DNA of 63,952 nt, filler included, from Choristocarpus tenellus KU-1152 (lineage: Eukaryota > Protista > Phaeophyceae), in the NCBI GenBank assembly GCA_964200185.2. It is 13 parts of 13 records of this genome, joined end to end, with 100 filler letters (N's around TTAATTAATTAA, not from the genome) between each part and the next. Parts side by side here need not be neighbours in the genome. Positions count along the whole stretch, not along the records: positions 26,700 to 29,498 come from CAXNAD020024652.1; positions 29,599 to 38,528 come from CAXNAD020004181.1; positions 38,629 to 44,104 come from CAXNAD020010660.1; 10 more parts are not named here. One strand, written 5' to 3'. This document shows positions 27,480-39,064 of this stretch, one piece after another. Both the position numbers and the translations under genes were made by a program. Numbering within the stretch: the first letter of the stretch is position 1; each line of letters starts with the position of its first letter. The notes below the pieces were generated by a model that saw only the letters and a list, made by a program, of their open reading frames with translations, searched no databases and was not told where the DNA came from.

Positions 27480-29480
27480 GTCGGTAATATCTCTGAGAGT
27501 CGAGGAAATGTGTTTGGTGTAGGGGACGTTGTTTGATGTTCACATATGGCGGTGTTCTACAATTATGTAATTGCTTGCCTGCATGTTCGCCACTGATGTT
27601 CAAGATAAGGCCCTCTGAGTATTTGACGATGTTGAGGTAGACTGTACCATCCTCCACATCCTCCCGCAACACGAGGTCACTTTTCACCTGTGGATTTATG
27701 AGGTTAATTAATGTGCACCATCAGGGCGAAAATTGTGAGGTGACATTTTACGAACTCAAATACGATGGACAGTTGAGTGGATGAACGTGACACTCCCTTG
27801 AGTACCTCTTCGCTCAGGATGTACTGTTTCTTTGGAGCAACCTCTTCTGAAGATCTGACTGAGGACTCATTGGCGTTGGGGTTGATCCCCAGCTCGTCTT
27901 TTCCCTTGAGGTCGTTCATGACCTGCACGGTGACCTCCAGGACAGCCTTTTTGATGAGGACATTCTTGGTGTGCATCCTCCGCAAGAATGCCCTTTTGAC
28001 TTCCCATGGTTGCAATGCCCATTCTTCCTCGACCTGGGCGGCAGACGCATGATCTGGATCTCCGTTACCTGATCTGTTCTTCTTCCCCTTTCCTCGCGTC
28101 CTCTTCTTCTTTCCTTGGTGAGGGTCGTCCGGGATTCGTTTGTTCCGGACGCCCCTTAGAGTGGTCGAGAACTGTCATGGAGGAGCGCATGGATAATGTA
28201 ATGGTATATCACATGTATGACATGGGTGTCTGCCTCGCGAGGCACGAACTTGATGGTAAATGTTGCCGCTGTTGCAGGCTCAGGAGGGGGGTATATGCAT
28301 ATACATGTATATGTTGGGTGAATCGTTATAATCAAAGCTTGACTTGCCCATTCGTCTGGAGATGTCTCTGTCCCGAAAACATACGTCAATGTGAGCGCGT
28401 CGTTAGGTAATTTTTTCGCCGCCTGCTCTAAGAACACATGCGCAGCCACTTTGACTATGTTGTGCCAGCGATGGCCTTGGGGGGTCTCCCCTCTGAGGAT
28501 GGACAGTCCGACTCCAGCGAGGACATAAGTGCACATTCTTGCGAAGTACTGCTCCTTGACCTCGGATGTGAGCTACATGTACAGGTGGGCCACCGTGTTC
28601 CGTTAGGAATCCGGGAAAGATTGTGCTTTGAGGATATGAAGGATTTAGACTTAAGAAAGTATCGATCTGGGACGGGTTTACAGGGGATGCGTGTCACGCA
28701 GCAGAACCCCATGGTCTTAGGGTTTAACATGTGGGGACGTGTTTGGAATGTTTATCTCACCTGCAACCTGTAGGTGTGTGTGAACCCCCCGCAGTTCTTG
28801 AGTGATTTAATGGCGGTGTCCGGGTTAGCGTACCACAGCACAGTGAACATGTGAACCGCCCTAAAGTCGAATTTGTCCTAGTCGGGGGCGCGTTAGGTGT
28901 GCGAAGGATAAGGTCACGTTATGAGGATAGAAGAACGTGGGAATGGGAGCGGGTCTGTTTGTTAATGGCGTGTGTCATATCGCCGATGGCGAAACACATG
29001 TATAAAGCGTCAATTTAAGTTCAGTTTACGAAGCCAGAGTTTAGTACAATGTTGTTGGACCGTTAGAGATGGGGTATTGGATATCGAAACATCAAGATGG
29101 CTGCACCGCGCTTACACTGTAGCCCTCGCGCTTCTTGTGTTCTCTCCACACACCGAGAAGGATCTCCTCCAGTTCTTTTGTCTCTGGTGAAACATAGTGA
29201 GGGGAAGAAAGGAAATGGGTTAGTTGGATCATCAATGTCGAATTAATATGGACATGGGTGACGAAAAGTAGGCAATGCTTCATAATCATTTCACGAATCG
29301 TTTCCTGGTAAGGAGCCGTGAGAACCTTACCTTCTCCCCCGCGTATGTGCACAAGGGTGGCAATCGAATTGAAGAACTGGGCGGAGCATTGATCACCGAG
29401 CCTATTCATCCCGGCTTCCACTACTGTGTTCTCCCACACGTTCGTGAGGAATGCCTTCATTTTTTCTGCAACTCTCCTCT
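27480..29480 (-). pseudogene. Unassigned coding-like relic, probably TE-borne, next to the 158-bp array
   Basis: Several protein-like minus-strand segments (27704-28015, 28156-28536, 29092-29487) interrupted by stops; no family recognised. Confidence 0.3.
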
Positions 29481-30213
29481 GACCCAAAGTATCTGGGGNN
29501 NNNNNNNNNNNNNNNNNNNNNNNNNNNNNNNNNNNNNNNNNNTTAATTAATTAANNNNNNNNNNNNNNNNNNNNNNNNNNNNNNNNNNNNNNNNNNNNCC
29601 CCCCAGATACTTTTGGTCAGTCTGAGACAAATGGGCATCTTGTTTTGACAGGTTAGTTGGTTCTTTCTTGTTCAAAATAGACATTTCTATTGTCGTCCAT
29701 CCTACTAAAGCCCATACCTCCATTTCAACAACCTACCACCCCCCAAAACTAACGCTGCACATGCAAAAAAGGTGTTGTTCCCCCCAAACTACAGCCTGCA
29801 ATTGGCAATCTCAAAGAGTCTTCATCACTCCCCCAAGGGGGTGCATATGTTTTACACGTCCTCTTGGCGACAATAGCAATGTCTCTAGATCATTTTTTGT
29901 CCAGGCTCTCAAGCACTAGAGCATTGAGATTAGCTACCAATAACAGCTGCCCTAGAATATATGCTTTCGACTTTTATAAAGCATTCCCAGACATTTTTCT
30001 TGAGTCTTGAATACTTTTTTTTTCTCAAGTATTTGCGAGCATGTATGATGGTAGCACGGCAGGTTGTTCCAAACATAGATCATCTTGGTTCAAGCTAGCT
30101 AGAGTAACATCCAAGGGCAACACAATTAAAGCACACCTCATCATTCTCAGCAGTAATAGGTGGTGCCAAATCAACTTTATGAAGGGGAAAGAACTCGCAG
30201 GTAGCACATACCT

Positions 30214-30270
30214 TGACTGTGGTAACAATGACTGTGGTAACAATGACTGTGGTAACAATGACTGTGGTTT
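30214..30270 (+). repeat. 15-bp minisatellite (tgactgtggtaacaa) x ~3.7
   Basis: Directly visible. Confidence 0.9.
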
Positions 30271-31010
30271 ATGATTTAATGACTGTATGGATGTCTGAAC
30301 GCCTCCACTCGCCAACTGCCCCTTTCTGCCGAGCCTGAAGCTCTGGTTCCTCAAACATATCTACTTTCCTCGCCTTCTCACACACAATATCGTTTTTTGT
30401 TCCGATTGTGTACTATTTGCCTCCTCCCCCCCTCCCTCTCTTGATGTCTCTATTGACAATTCCAGATAGACACTATTTTCTCACGAGTGCATTTACATCC
30501 AGAAAACTCAGATCTTGTATTCCACCCTATTCCCAGGAGTTCACAACACTCTCTCACTCAAAATAGGATCTCTCCATGCTCAGCTGCCATGATCCCAAGC
30601 ACCGGTGGCACCACCTGCACTCAATCTCCCTCTTGGGGGGAGTCCCCATTAGGTCTCCCTGCATTCATAGAACCACAAGGATCAACAAGCATGGACCTGG
30701 GTCACAGGTCACAAGAGCACAGTTCAAAGAGACTGTTTTGCAGTGGTGAGATGAGCGTATGGGATGGGGGTGGAGAGGAGGTGGGATTGAGTTCTGGTAA
30801 AGACTCCATCATATCACAGGCTCAGACAGTGACAGGGTATACACCGACTTACAGATGGGGTGGTTGCGATAGGGGGGAGCTGTTCTCACAATGGCAATCA
30901 GGGGGTGGAAAAGGTAGGGAAGGAGGGGAATTCTGCAATATCCGGGCAAAAAGGGCTAGGTGAGCTGCCTTCTTCGCCCTATCTCTTGCCCTTCCTTGCA
31001 AAATGGAAAG

Positions 31011-31268
31011 GAGTGAAAGTATCTAAGAGGGTACGATTTTTCCCCTGTTTGTCCATTTGGGGCTTGGCTACCCACGGGTTTCTAATGACATTTTACCTAC
31101 TCCAAAATGTTTCAGAGAAAGTAAAATGTGTATGTTATGAAAAGGTGTATCCAGAACAAGGATGTTGACATCTCCTAACAAACACGATAGCCAAAGTTAC
31201 ATCAAAATTGAAAGTTGGATCTTGACCCCCAAATAGACACGGCTCTACCGTCTAAGATACTTTGACTC
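31011..31268 (-). mobile_element. MITE family B, full length (258 bp)
   Basis: GAGTGAAAGTATC...GATACTTTGACTC with perfect 4-bp TSD AAAG. Confidence 0.93.
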
Positions 31269-32700
31269 AAAGTCGCTCAAGGATAGAGAGGTAGCTGTCC
31301 CTGAAGGAGTGCTTAGTGCTTGCGGCAAATAGGATTGAGATAGATGTCGCATGCCCCTTCCTGAACAGTATCCTAGTAAGTAGGTGGGTCAGATATGCAT
31401 TTTTGGGGTCTGTGCAACCCGTTTGTGAACGTGTCAGATGCAGGAGTAGTTTCCTTCATCTGAATGCATCTTCCGTTTTCATGCCCTTGCTTTGACCAAT
31501 TCCAAAGGAAAATCACCTCCAAAGCGGGCATGAAGCTACAACACCCCATCAAGCTTCTAAAGGACGACCTCTCCTAAACATTCCCCCCTCAGAAGAACAT
31601 TACTACACAGGCTTGATTAAGTAATTTTATCCGTCACGTAATAAAAAATTTACTTCGAAACTTCCAAATTGGCAATCTTCGATGTGCATATGATATGCTA
31701 TCCCTTGTTTCAAGGGCATGGACAGAATCGTCAAGGCACAGACAAAGTGATAATTTATCTCTTCACGCTTGTAGCCCCTCTAACGTTTCTTTTTCATTAT
31801 ACTTCTGTACTGGCTGGTGGTTACAATTTGAAAAATTAGACTTACTCAGGGGTCTTTCAACCGCTTTTGAAAACTGCTAGATGGACTCTATTACAAGGTT
31901 GCGAGTTCAAACTCATCTTCCTATCCAGGATGTGTGTTCCCACCAAGAATGAAAATCTTGCCAACTACTTCCTCCTGAGACTGCTATGTTTCTAATTTTG
32001 TGAGGGAGATGCACTGCAAATGGGAGGGCAACTTATGCCTCAAATTTCCGACAATACACCTCTAACTATTCTTATTCCTCTCCTCTTTTACCGTTCGTTT
32101 TGATTCCTCATCGGTTCCCAGGACATGCAAGGATACAGTTGCAAAACCCCGTTCAACTTACAGCTGGATATCTAAGACCCCCTGTATAACCCCAGATGTA
32201 CCCGACCCCAAGGCCATCTGGGGTGCTGTTCCTAGTACAGGTGGGGGTGAAGCAAGCAGCCCCGCCCCCAGTGGAGAATTCAGTAGTGGTGGAGATGTTA
32301 TCTGCTCGTCGATGAGTCCTGGTAATAACCCGCTGCCTCAGGTGAGAGTCAGGCGGAAGGACATGTGAGCGCCCAAGCACTGAAAGGATTAGAGCTACAG
32401 AGCCAGTGCCAGGATTGCTCCCCAGCTGCATGCAAAAGATCAAGAGGAGGAAGCAGTAGAAGTTACAGGATGCAACAACCATCTTATCGGCTCAATGCTA
32501 CACAATTATCTGGACATCTTGGTGTAGTGGTTGTTTCTGTCCGTGCAATGCTCCCTCCCCCAGTTCCTGAATATTTTAAAATCAACTGCGTTACGTATCG
32601 CTTCGCCATTACTATGCTCTAGTGGATTTCCAGAACACCCCACACAGTAGCTGGGGCAACTTACACTTTCAGTTTATATATTACATATATAAACTCTTAC

Positions 32701-32924
32701 CTCATTTTCTTTAAGAGATGATGGCAATTGTAAATCCTTCATATAAAGACTACTTAGCACTCCATAAGTTGACAAGCTCAGTATTTTTTTATCAATACTT
32801 TGCAAATTGGATATATTAAAATCTTTTAACCTTGCTAAATATCTTTTACCATTGATATAAGCAACCTGTGTTTCTTCTCCGGAAAATAATAATTCTGTAG
32901 TAATCTGATTGCTATCTTGGTATA
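32701..32924 (-). CDS. Putative exon of a type I polyketide synthase/FAS (structural KR linker to start of enoyl reductase)
   Basis: CAG acceptor and GAG|GTAAG donor bound an open frame ELLFSGEETQVAYINGKRYLARL...LSLSTYGVLSSL...LKENE, like modular PKS E.Q.A.R.G.RYV.RL...L....G.L..L....L...EV; recognised by eye only. Confidence 0.5.
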
Positions 32925-34301
32925 CTGTAGTATGTTCACATTTGGGTTGAAGTATCTGGGGGGGGGGGGGCACCGGTGTCCGTTTTTGACCACTTCGGAC
33001 AATGAAATGCTCACATAAAAATACTACAACGTTCTAGTGCTATTGGTACCGATAAAATTGTCGCAATAATGAGCAATATAGAGATTAATTAAGATTGATC
33101 CGTTTCCTAGAAAAAATGCCGTACAAGGGGAACGGGCTCTGAGCAGCAGTGTCCTGGATAAACATGCGGTCATTGAAGGAATGGGATCCAATCATTGTCA
33201 TAGCAAAATAGTTTTCAAAGAGCGGAAATAGATAGACTCCAAGCTTTGTTCTGGACATCACATGTTGAGAGGGAGGAAGTTAGTTCAAGAGAATACATTG
33301 CTCATTGCTAGGGTGTGGGACTACATTGTCCAAAGAGTGATATCTTTGTTCCTTTTTGTCTCTTTCTAGAGGTAATTCAACTCAACAATGTAAGGTGGGA
33401 AAACCCGGCCTCGACATTCTGTATTGGTGCAACCCTTGCAAGGCTCTGCCTTGGTTGCTGTGGGAGTTTGCGGAGCAGGTTTCGGGAAGCAACTTATTCA
33501 ACAGAGGAGGAGTTACTTCCCAATTTAGCCACTAGTTTGTTGTCATGGTGTCCGAACGCAAAAAAAGGATGCCGGTGCAATCAAATGTTATTCTCCATGG
33601 CTTCTTCATCGGCTCAGAATACAGTCAAGTCAGCAGAAGCACATCACAAAAAATATCAGCAGCTGCTACTGGATACTAGTTCTCTAGATACACCGTTTCT
33701 CTGCCCCTTAGTTGTCCTCCCCCCGCCTTGCATGATTTTGAATCTACAAAAACAGGGTTCTTGTTCATTTCCACGATCTACCATACAACCTAGGCAAGGA
33801 TCACCACATGTGGTCAGCACGCACCCTACAGCACATGGCAAGAAGGGTCTCCTGTACCGGACGCACGCCCTCCGCAACCGCGAAGGCTTCAACGAGGTTT
33901 CACTCCAGGGTATGGTAAACGACGCCATAGATGATGCGAGCAGAATGAGGGTATAAGTTGGTGTATCCAGACATTAGGGTTAGGTTTTCTTCCAGGCGAT
34001 TCTTGAGTAAGAGAGTCTTTTTACCTGAGAAGTGTACATTGACCGGGTTTTTTTCTTTACCTATCTTTGTGCTGCACATGCTGTATGTACATGATAATAA
34101 AAAAAGTCCTCTTCAAAATGATGGTATCACTGTAGAAGAACAATCGAAAAAAACAATCACCACCATTGAGCAAAAGTCCTGCTTGGAATGAATGAGAAGA
34201 TATGTTTTGGGGAGTTGTGGGGATCATACTAATGGAACCACTCTAGGTTAGTACGAATTAAAAAAAAATACCTCGCGCTAAGAATTATCATCTTTGGAAT
34301 A

Positions 34302-35635
34302 CTCTCTCTGTCCCATATGTCTGTGCTGTTAAGTTGTACCTCTTCAACATGACCTCCGATTACAAAAACGGATTTTTGCGTTAGATTCCTTGAAATATTC
34401 TGCACTACAAATATATATAACAAACTATGGAAGAATTTTGCATGAAATTCTGAAATTGTTTCGAAAGAATGGAACACATAATGGGGGAACATTCGGCTCA
34501 TTTTCTAATGGTTCTGGTACAGCGTGGAACGTCTACCAGTCTCACAACCCTGGTGTGGTGGTATACACACTCAAGTGCGTATCTCTCCAACAGCTGTCTG
34601 CATTGACAGCAAGAGAGAACACAGAGACTGTCTACTCGTATACAGCACGTGTACAACGGCCATTTCGATCCCCCAGAGCTCGTCGCCCCCAACGTAAAAC
34701 CCACCAGCTCGTGGAAAGAACTACGAGCTAACCGAGGAAGGTCGGATCCCACTTGCTCTGCCGTACGCATTGGCTATTCCTCCAGGTCACGAGAGGTTGC
34801 CGAGGGGCGTGGGGCCTGTATTGGCCAAAAGGTTTGGAGTGGGAGAGATACACCCTAGACTGTTGTGGGCACGCGTGAAAGAACAGATATAATACCGTCT
34901 CTTTGAAATCGCGAGCACGATCTAACCAGCCGTCGGACTTTAAACCAACGAAACAAGTGAGGAGCCGGGAAATCAGCACCCATAATCGCACACTGACCTC
35001 TCTACCAAGTGGTACACAGAGCAACTGTCACCAGGGATCAAGGAAAAATGCCTTGGCTGGAATTCGGGGAGGGGGTCGTACAGGAAGACAGCACGACTCC
35101 GCATGCAGGCAAAGGCATGGAGCAGAAGCTGAACGACACAGGGAGGGAGGAAGGATGGGAAATTGAGCTAGTGACTCAGACAGTGCAGTTGCTGAATCTC
35201 AGCATCAACCATTTCGTTTTTTTCGCATCCTTGAAGAGTAGGGCTTGGGAGGATTGTTACGGCACCGTTGTTGACCTTGTAGAGAGAGTTAAGAGTATGC
35301 TCCATGCGTACGACACGGGCGTGCTCGAGAGGGTGTGGCAGAGTCCGTTTAAGAGGTAAATCAGATGTTTAGAGCGCTGGGGTGGAGCAATTTCGAGGTA
35401 GAGGACACGGGGACCAAAAGAGGCAGTAGGAGGGCAGGTTGCCTAGAGCAGTCGAAGTAGACAGAGTCACCTACATTGATGGCAATGTACCGACACGGCG
35501 CTGGATTGGTATGTTGATGGTGTCGAGTAAAGGCGAGACGTATTTATTTAATGTAGAACATTCTAAGAATCCAACGCAAAAATCCGTTTTGTAATCGGAG
35601 GTCATCTCGAAGAGCAACAACTTAATGCCACCATA
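34302..35635 (+). mobile_element. Tc1/mariner family 2, degenerate, with long (~85 bp) inverted repeats
   Basis: Left end TA-CTCTCTCTGTCCCATA; about 34328-34412 is inverted at about 35543-35627; transposase relic KMPWL..VVQEDSTTPHAGKG..GWEIELVTQ..FFASLKSR. Confidence 0.85.
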
Positions 35636-35842
35636 AGAGCTGGTGAAGCAATGTATTAAAAAGATGAGAAGTTTACCTGTGAGAAAAGATTTGTAGGTCA
35701 CATGCTTCATGAACGAAGAGATAATGAGTTTTTTCCAAAGCAAAATGTACAAAGGTTTTATAACAATATCACAAAACAAATGAACATGTCTCGGACTTGT
35801 GGGACCGTAGAAAGTAACATGGTTTAGGGGATGCAGAAAAAG

Positions 35843-36106
35843 GAGTCGAAGCGAACGAAAGGTACCCTGAATTGTATTTTAAGAATGCTGACAAAATATG
35901 TGCAAAACTCCCCTTTTTTAACAGACATGTACAGGAAATTGTCCTGTTCGTGTCAAAGAGTTACAAACAATGGAGAAACCAACCCACTCAAATCAACTTT
36001 AGCACCTAATCTATAGAAATATGTGTGTGAATTACAAGAGATTGAAAACTGGCTAATAATTCGAAACGACAACAAAAAAATGGATACCTCTCATTTACGT
36101 TGACTC
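35843..36106 (+). mobile_element. MITE family D
   Basis: GAGTCGAAGCGAACGAAAGGTACC...GGATACCTCTCATTTACGTTGACTC; flanks AAG/AAG. Confidence 0.78.
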
Positions 36107-39064
36107 AAGTTTACAGGGGGTAAACGCATTCCAAACCCTAACATTGGCTACTACTACATTGGTGTAGGTGTTGCATTTTGAAATAGTTAAGAGAGATAAT
36201 AATATTTATTTGTAATGGTATTACATTACAGTAACATTTAGGAATACTACTACTGAAGAGAAATGTTACAAATAATACTAGAGCCAAAACCAATCACTCT
36301 ATGGTTGAGGGGTATTAGACAGCAGATGTGATGGCTGCATGCATAAGTGTACTACAAGAGAGCGCATGATGCTACAAGGGCGCAAAAACAAATTAACATC
36401 GTATTCAATCAATAGAGTCATGCAAACATTAACACGGTAGAGGAAACAGCATGGAACGGCTATTTTCGCATCAGATGGCTTACAAGTTGCATTAAACCGA
36501 TAGGAAGTATGTATCAGTGCAGCAACATCCCAGGCCCTTCAATATTACCAGTGTTAGTACTAGTAAAAGTATTGTTAAAAAACAGAACAATCCGACACCT
36601 TCTCCAAAAATAGTAAAACTATTTGCACCTAGTGAACATCGTGTGTGCTATTTTTCAAGTCTTCCTATCTAATACTGCGTAGATACATGTTGAGTTGTTG
36701 ACGTTTATTGAGGATCCTTTCAGGACCTCATCTGACTACAATCGTCCCAATGCTGTGCCTTCTTCGTGCTTATTATGGCTCTTTTCAAAGAGGATTATTC
36801 CAGCAACATGCAAGAAGTCAAGGGCTGTAGCTGGCGACACACTGCTAGCCTCCACCGCTGTTATTCCCTTGGCAGCAATTGTAGTCTCGACAGTGTACAG
36901 AGCAACGACAGTTACAACAATGATTCCGACCGCCCAGCAAGAGATGCCGAGAGTGCGAGTCAGGACCGGCAAAGGATCTGGGTTGTAAATGGAGATGGGG
37001 GGATAGAGGAGGAAGTGGGGGATGAAGAAGTGACACCAGAGGAGGATATGGAAAAGAGGGGATGGGGAGGGGATGACGATGCCAGAACATATGGGGCAGG
37101 AGAGGTTGCAGGTAGCGACTTTTTGGGAAATGACATGGATGAGTAGATAGATGACTGAGTAGGAGAGACTGCAGGTGGCGACTTTTTGGGAAGTGAAATG
37201 GGTGAGTAGATGGTTGAGTGGAGTGTAGTAGGTAAAGGAGGGGGCAGGTTCAAGAAAGAACAATATCCTTGTGACTGAGCCTTGTGACGGGCTACGGGAG
37301 GTCAAAGCACAATGGGAGTTGAAGGGCTGCGATGGGAAGGAGCAGCTGATGATAATGTATGCTACAAAAACTGAATTGACTGGGGCCGAATGGCAGTAGG
37401 GGTGGAGGACATGAAGTAATAGGCTTTAAAACGTACTGTACCAAGTATGAGTAGAGTATCCTAGAGGGGTGTAGGTTTTACCCAATTTGAATAATCAAGA
37501 TATTTTGACCCTTGTACCTGACTCCCCATTTCCATCCTGGATTGTTGTATACGTTTGGTTTCTATGGCTGTTCCAAATGAGACCATCTGAATAGAGGTAC
37601 TGTGAAGAGTTTGAGAGTGGAGGGAGGTACAAGTGATTGAAAAGACAAAACTTCTGACGAAGTAGTGTCAATGGGACAGGTTACTCCAATGAAATAAAAT
37701 TATCATGTACGAATCCAAGTTAAAGTTCTTGAAGATTGAACATGGTCAAGTCAACAGAAAGCAGTAACGTGGAGGAAGAGTTGCTGCAAATTGTGTACAT
37801 CCTCAAGGCCAGTGACAGCGGCCAAGCAGACATCTAGCTCAAACTGTTACTGTGTATATGTACATCAAAAGGAATAGTCGACAAAGAAATATGTAACAAA
37901 AAAATTATATTCATCTGTTATGTTCCATGTAAGTCGCAAGGGTTGAGGGGTGCAATCTGTACGAAGAACAAGATTTTTTTTTTGCAGTAAATGTGGACAT
38001 ACTGTTAGGGGGGAATGGGAAAAAAACATCACAAATAACAGAAAGAACTAAATGTATAGTCGCTCCGATTACGAAGAAATCGTATTGGTTTAAAAACAGG
38101 TGGGTACTGGTGCTGAGTGGTCACTCTTAAAGCCTTGAGCGAGGAGTTAATCATCCTGTTTCTCACATCATTACATTTCACCTCCTAGAGGAACCTGAGT
38201 TTCCTATGTAGCTCAGTTGTGTATATTGTGTATCTGAGTTGATACGTGAGTCCTGTGCCCATCATCCACTGATATTTGAACAGCCAATACAGGCCCTTGC
38301 CCACAACTTCCTTCCAGAGATGTGCAAATTGCTATGCACTGGACACTGTATTGTTTGGATCCTTGGACAGTGATAAGTCGAATTATTAGCACGACAATAT
38401 GACTGGATGCCACAAAGTTTGGATTTATGGACATGAAAATGTGACTTGTGTGTGATGCGTGGAAAATGTTTCGTTCATAAAAGTTCGGGATTATGTGGTA
38501 AGAGACCCAAAGTATCCGGGAGGGGGGGNNNNNNNNNNNNNNNNNNNNNNNNNNNNNNNNNNNNNNNNNNNNTTAATTAATTAANNNNNNNNNNNNNNNN
38601 NNNNNNNNNNNNNNNNNNNNNNNNNNNNCCCCTCACAAACCACCACCTCTCCCCCCCCCCCAGATACTTTGACCCAATAGCACTTAGGTTGAATGAAGAG
38701 TTAGGGTTAGGGTTAGGGTTAGTCCTACCTTGAATGAAGAGTGATTAGTGAGTGAGGGCATGAGCAAGAAGATGCACAAGGAAGAGAGGCGGTACTAGTC
38801 CTTCACTTTTTTTCACTTTTGTACATAGAGAGTGAGATGGATGGATGGATGGATATACACCTTTTTTTTAAATGATCTGGAGGGATTTCAGAGTAGGCGT
38901 GTGTAGTTGTCTTCTGGAACTGTGTGAGGGTCTGATATCTTTGCACTTTTTGTGGAATATTCAGAGTTCTTATCTTCCTCTTTGTATATATTTTGCTTGT
39001 ATGATGTCATCGTGGTAGTCGTCCTTTTTTTTTTTACCTGACATGTTTTTGTTTTTTTATGAAG

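Noticed and set aside
33315-33956. 213-aa ORF as a complete gene
   Set aside because: GTG start, Cys/Ser-rich non-protein-like composition for most of its length, no recognisable domain
36736-37305. 189-aa minus-strand ORF and overlapping acidic + strand ORF
   Set aside because: Low-complexity with a short internal duplication; no motif or splice structure
38701-38722. TTAGGG tracts as true telomeres
   Set aside because: Only 2-4 units, internal, and in both orientations
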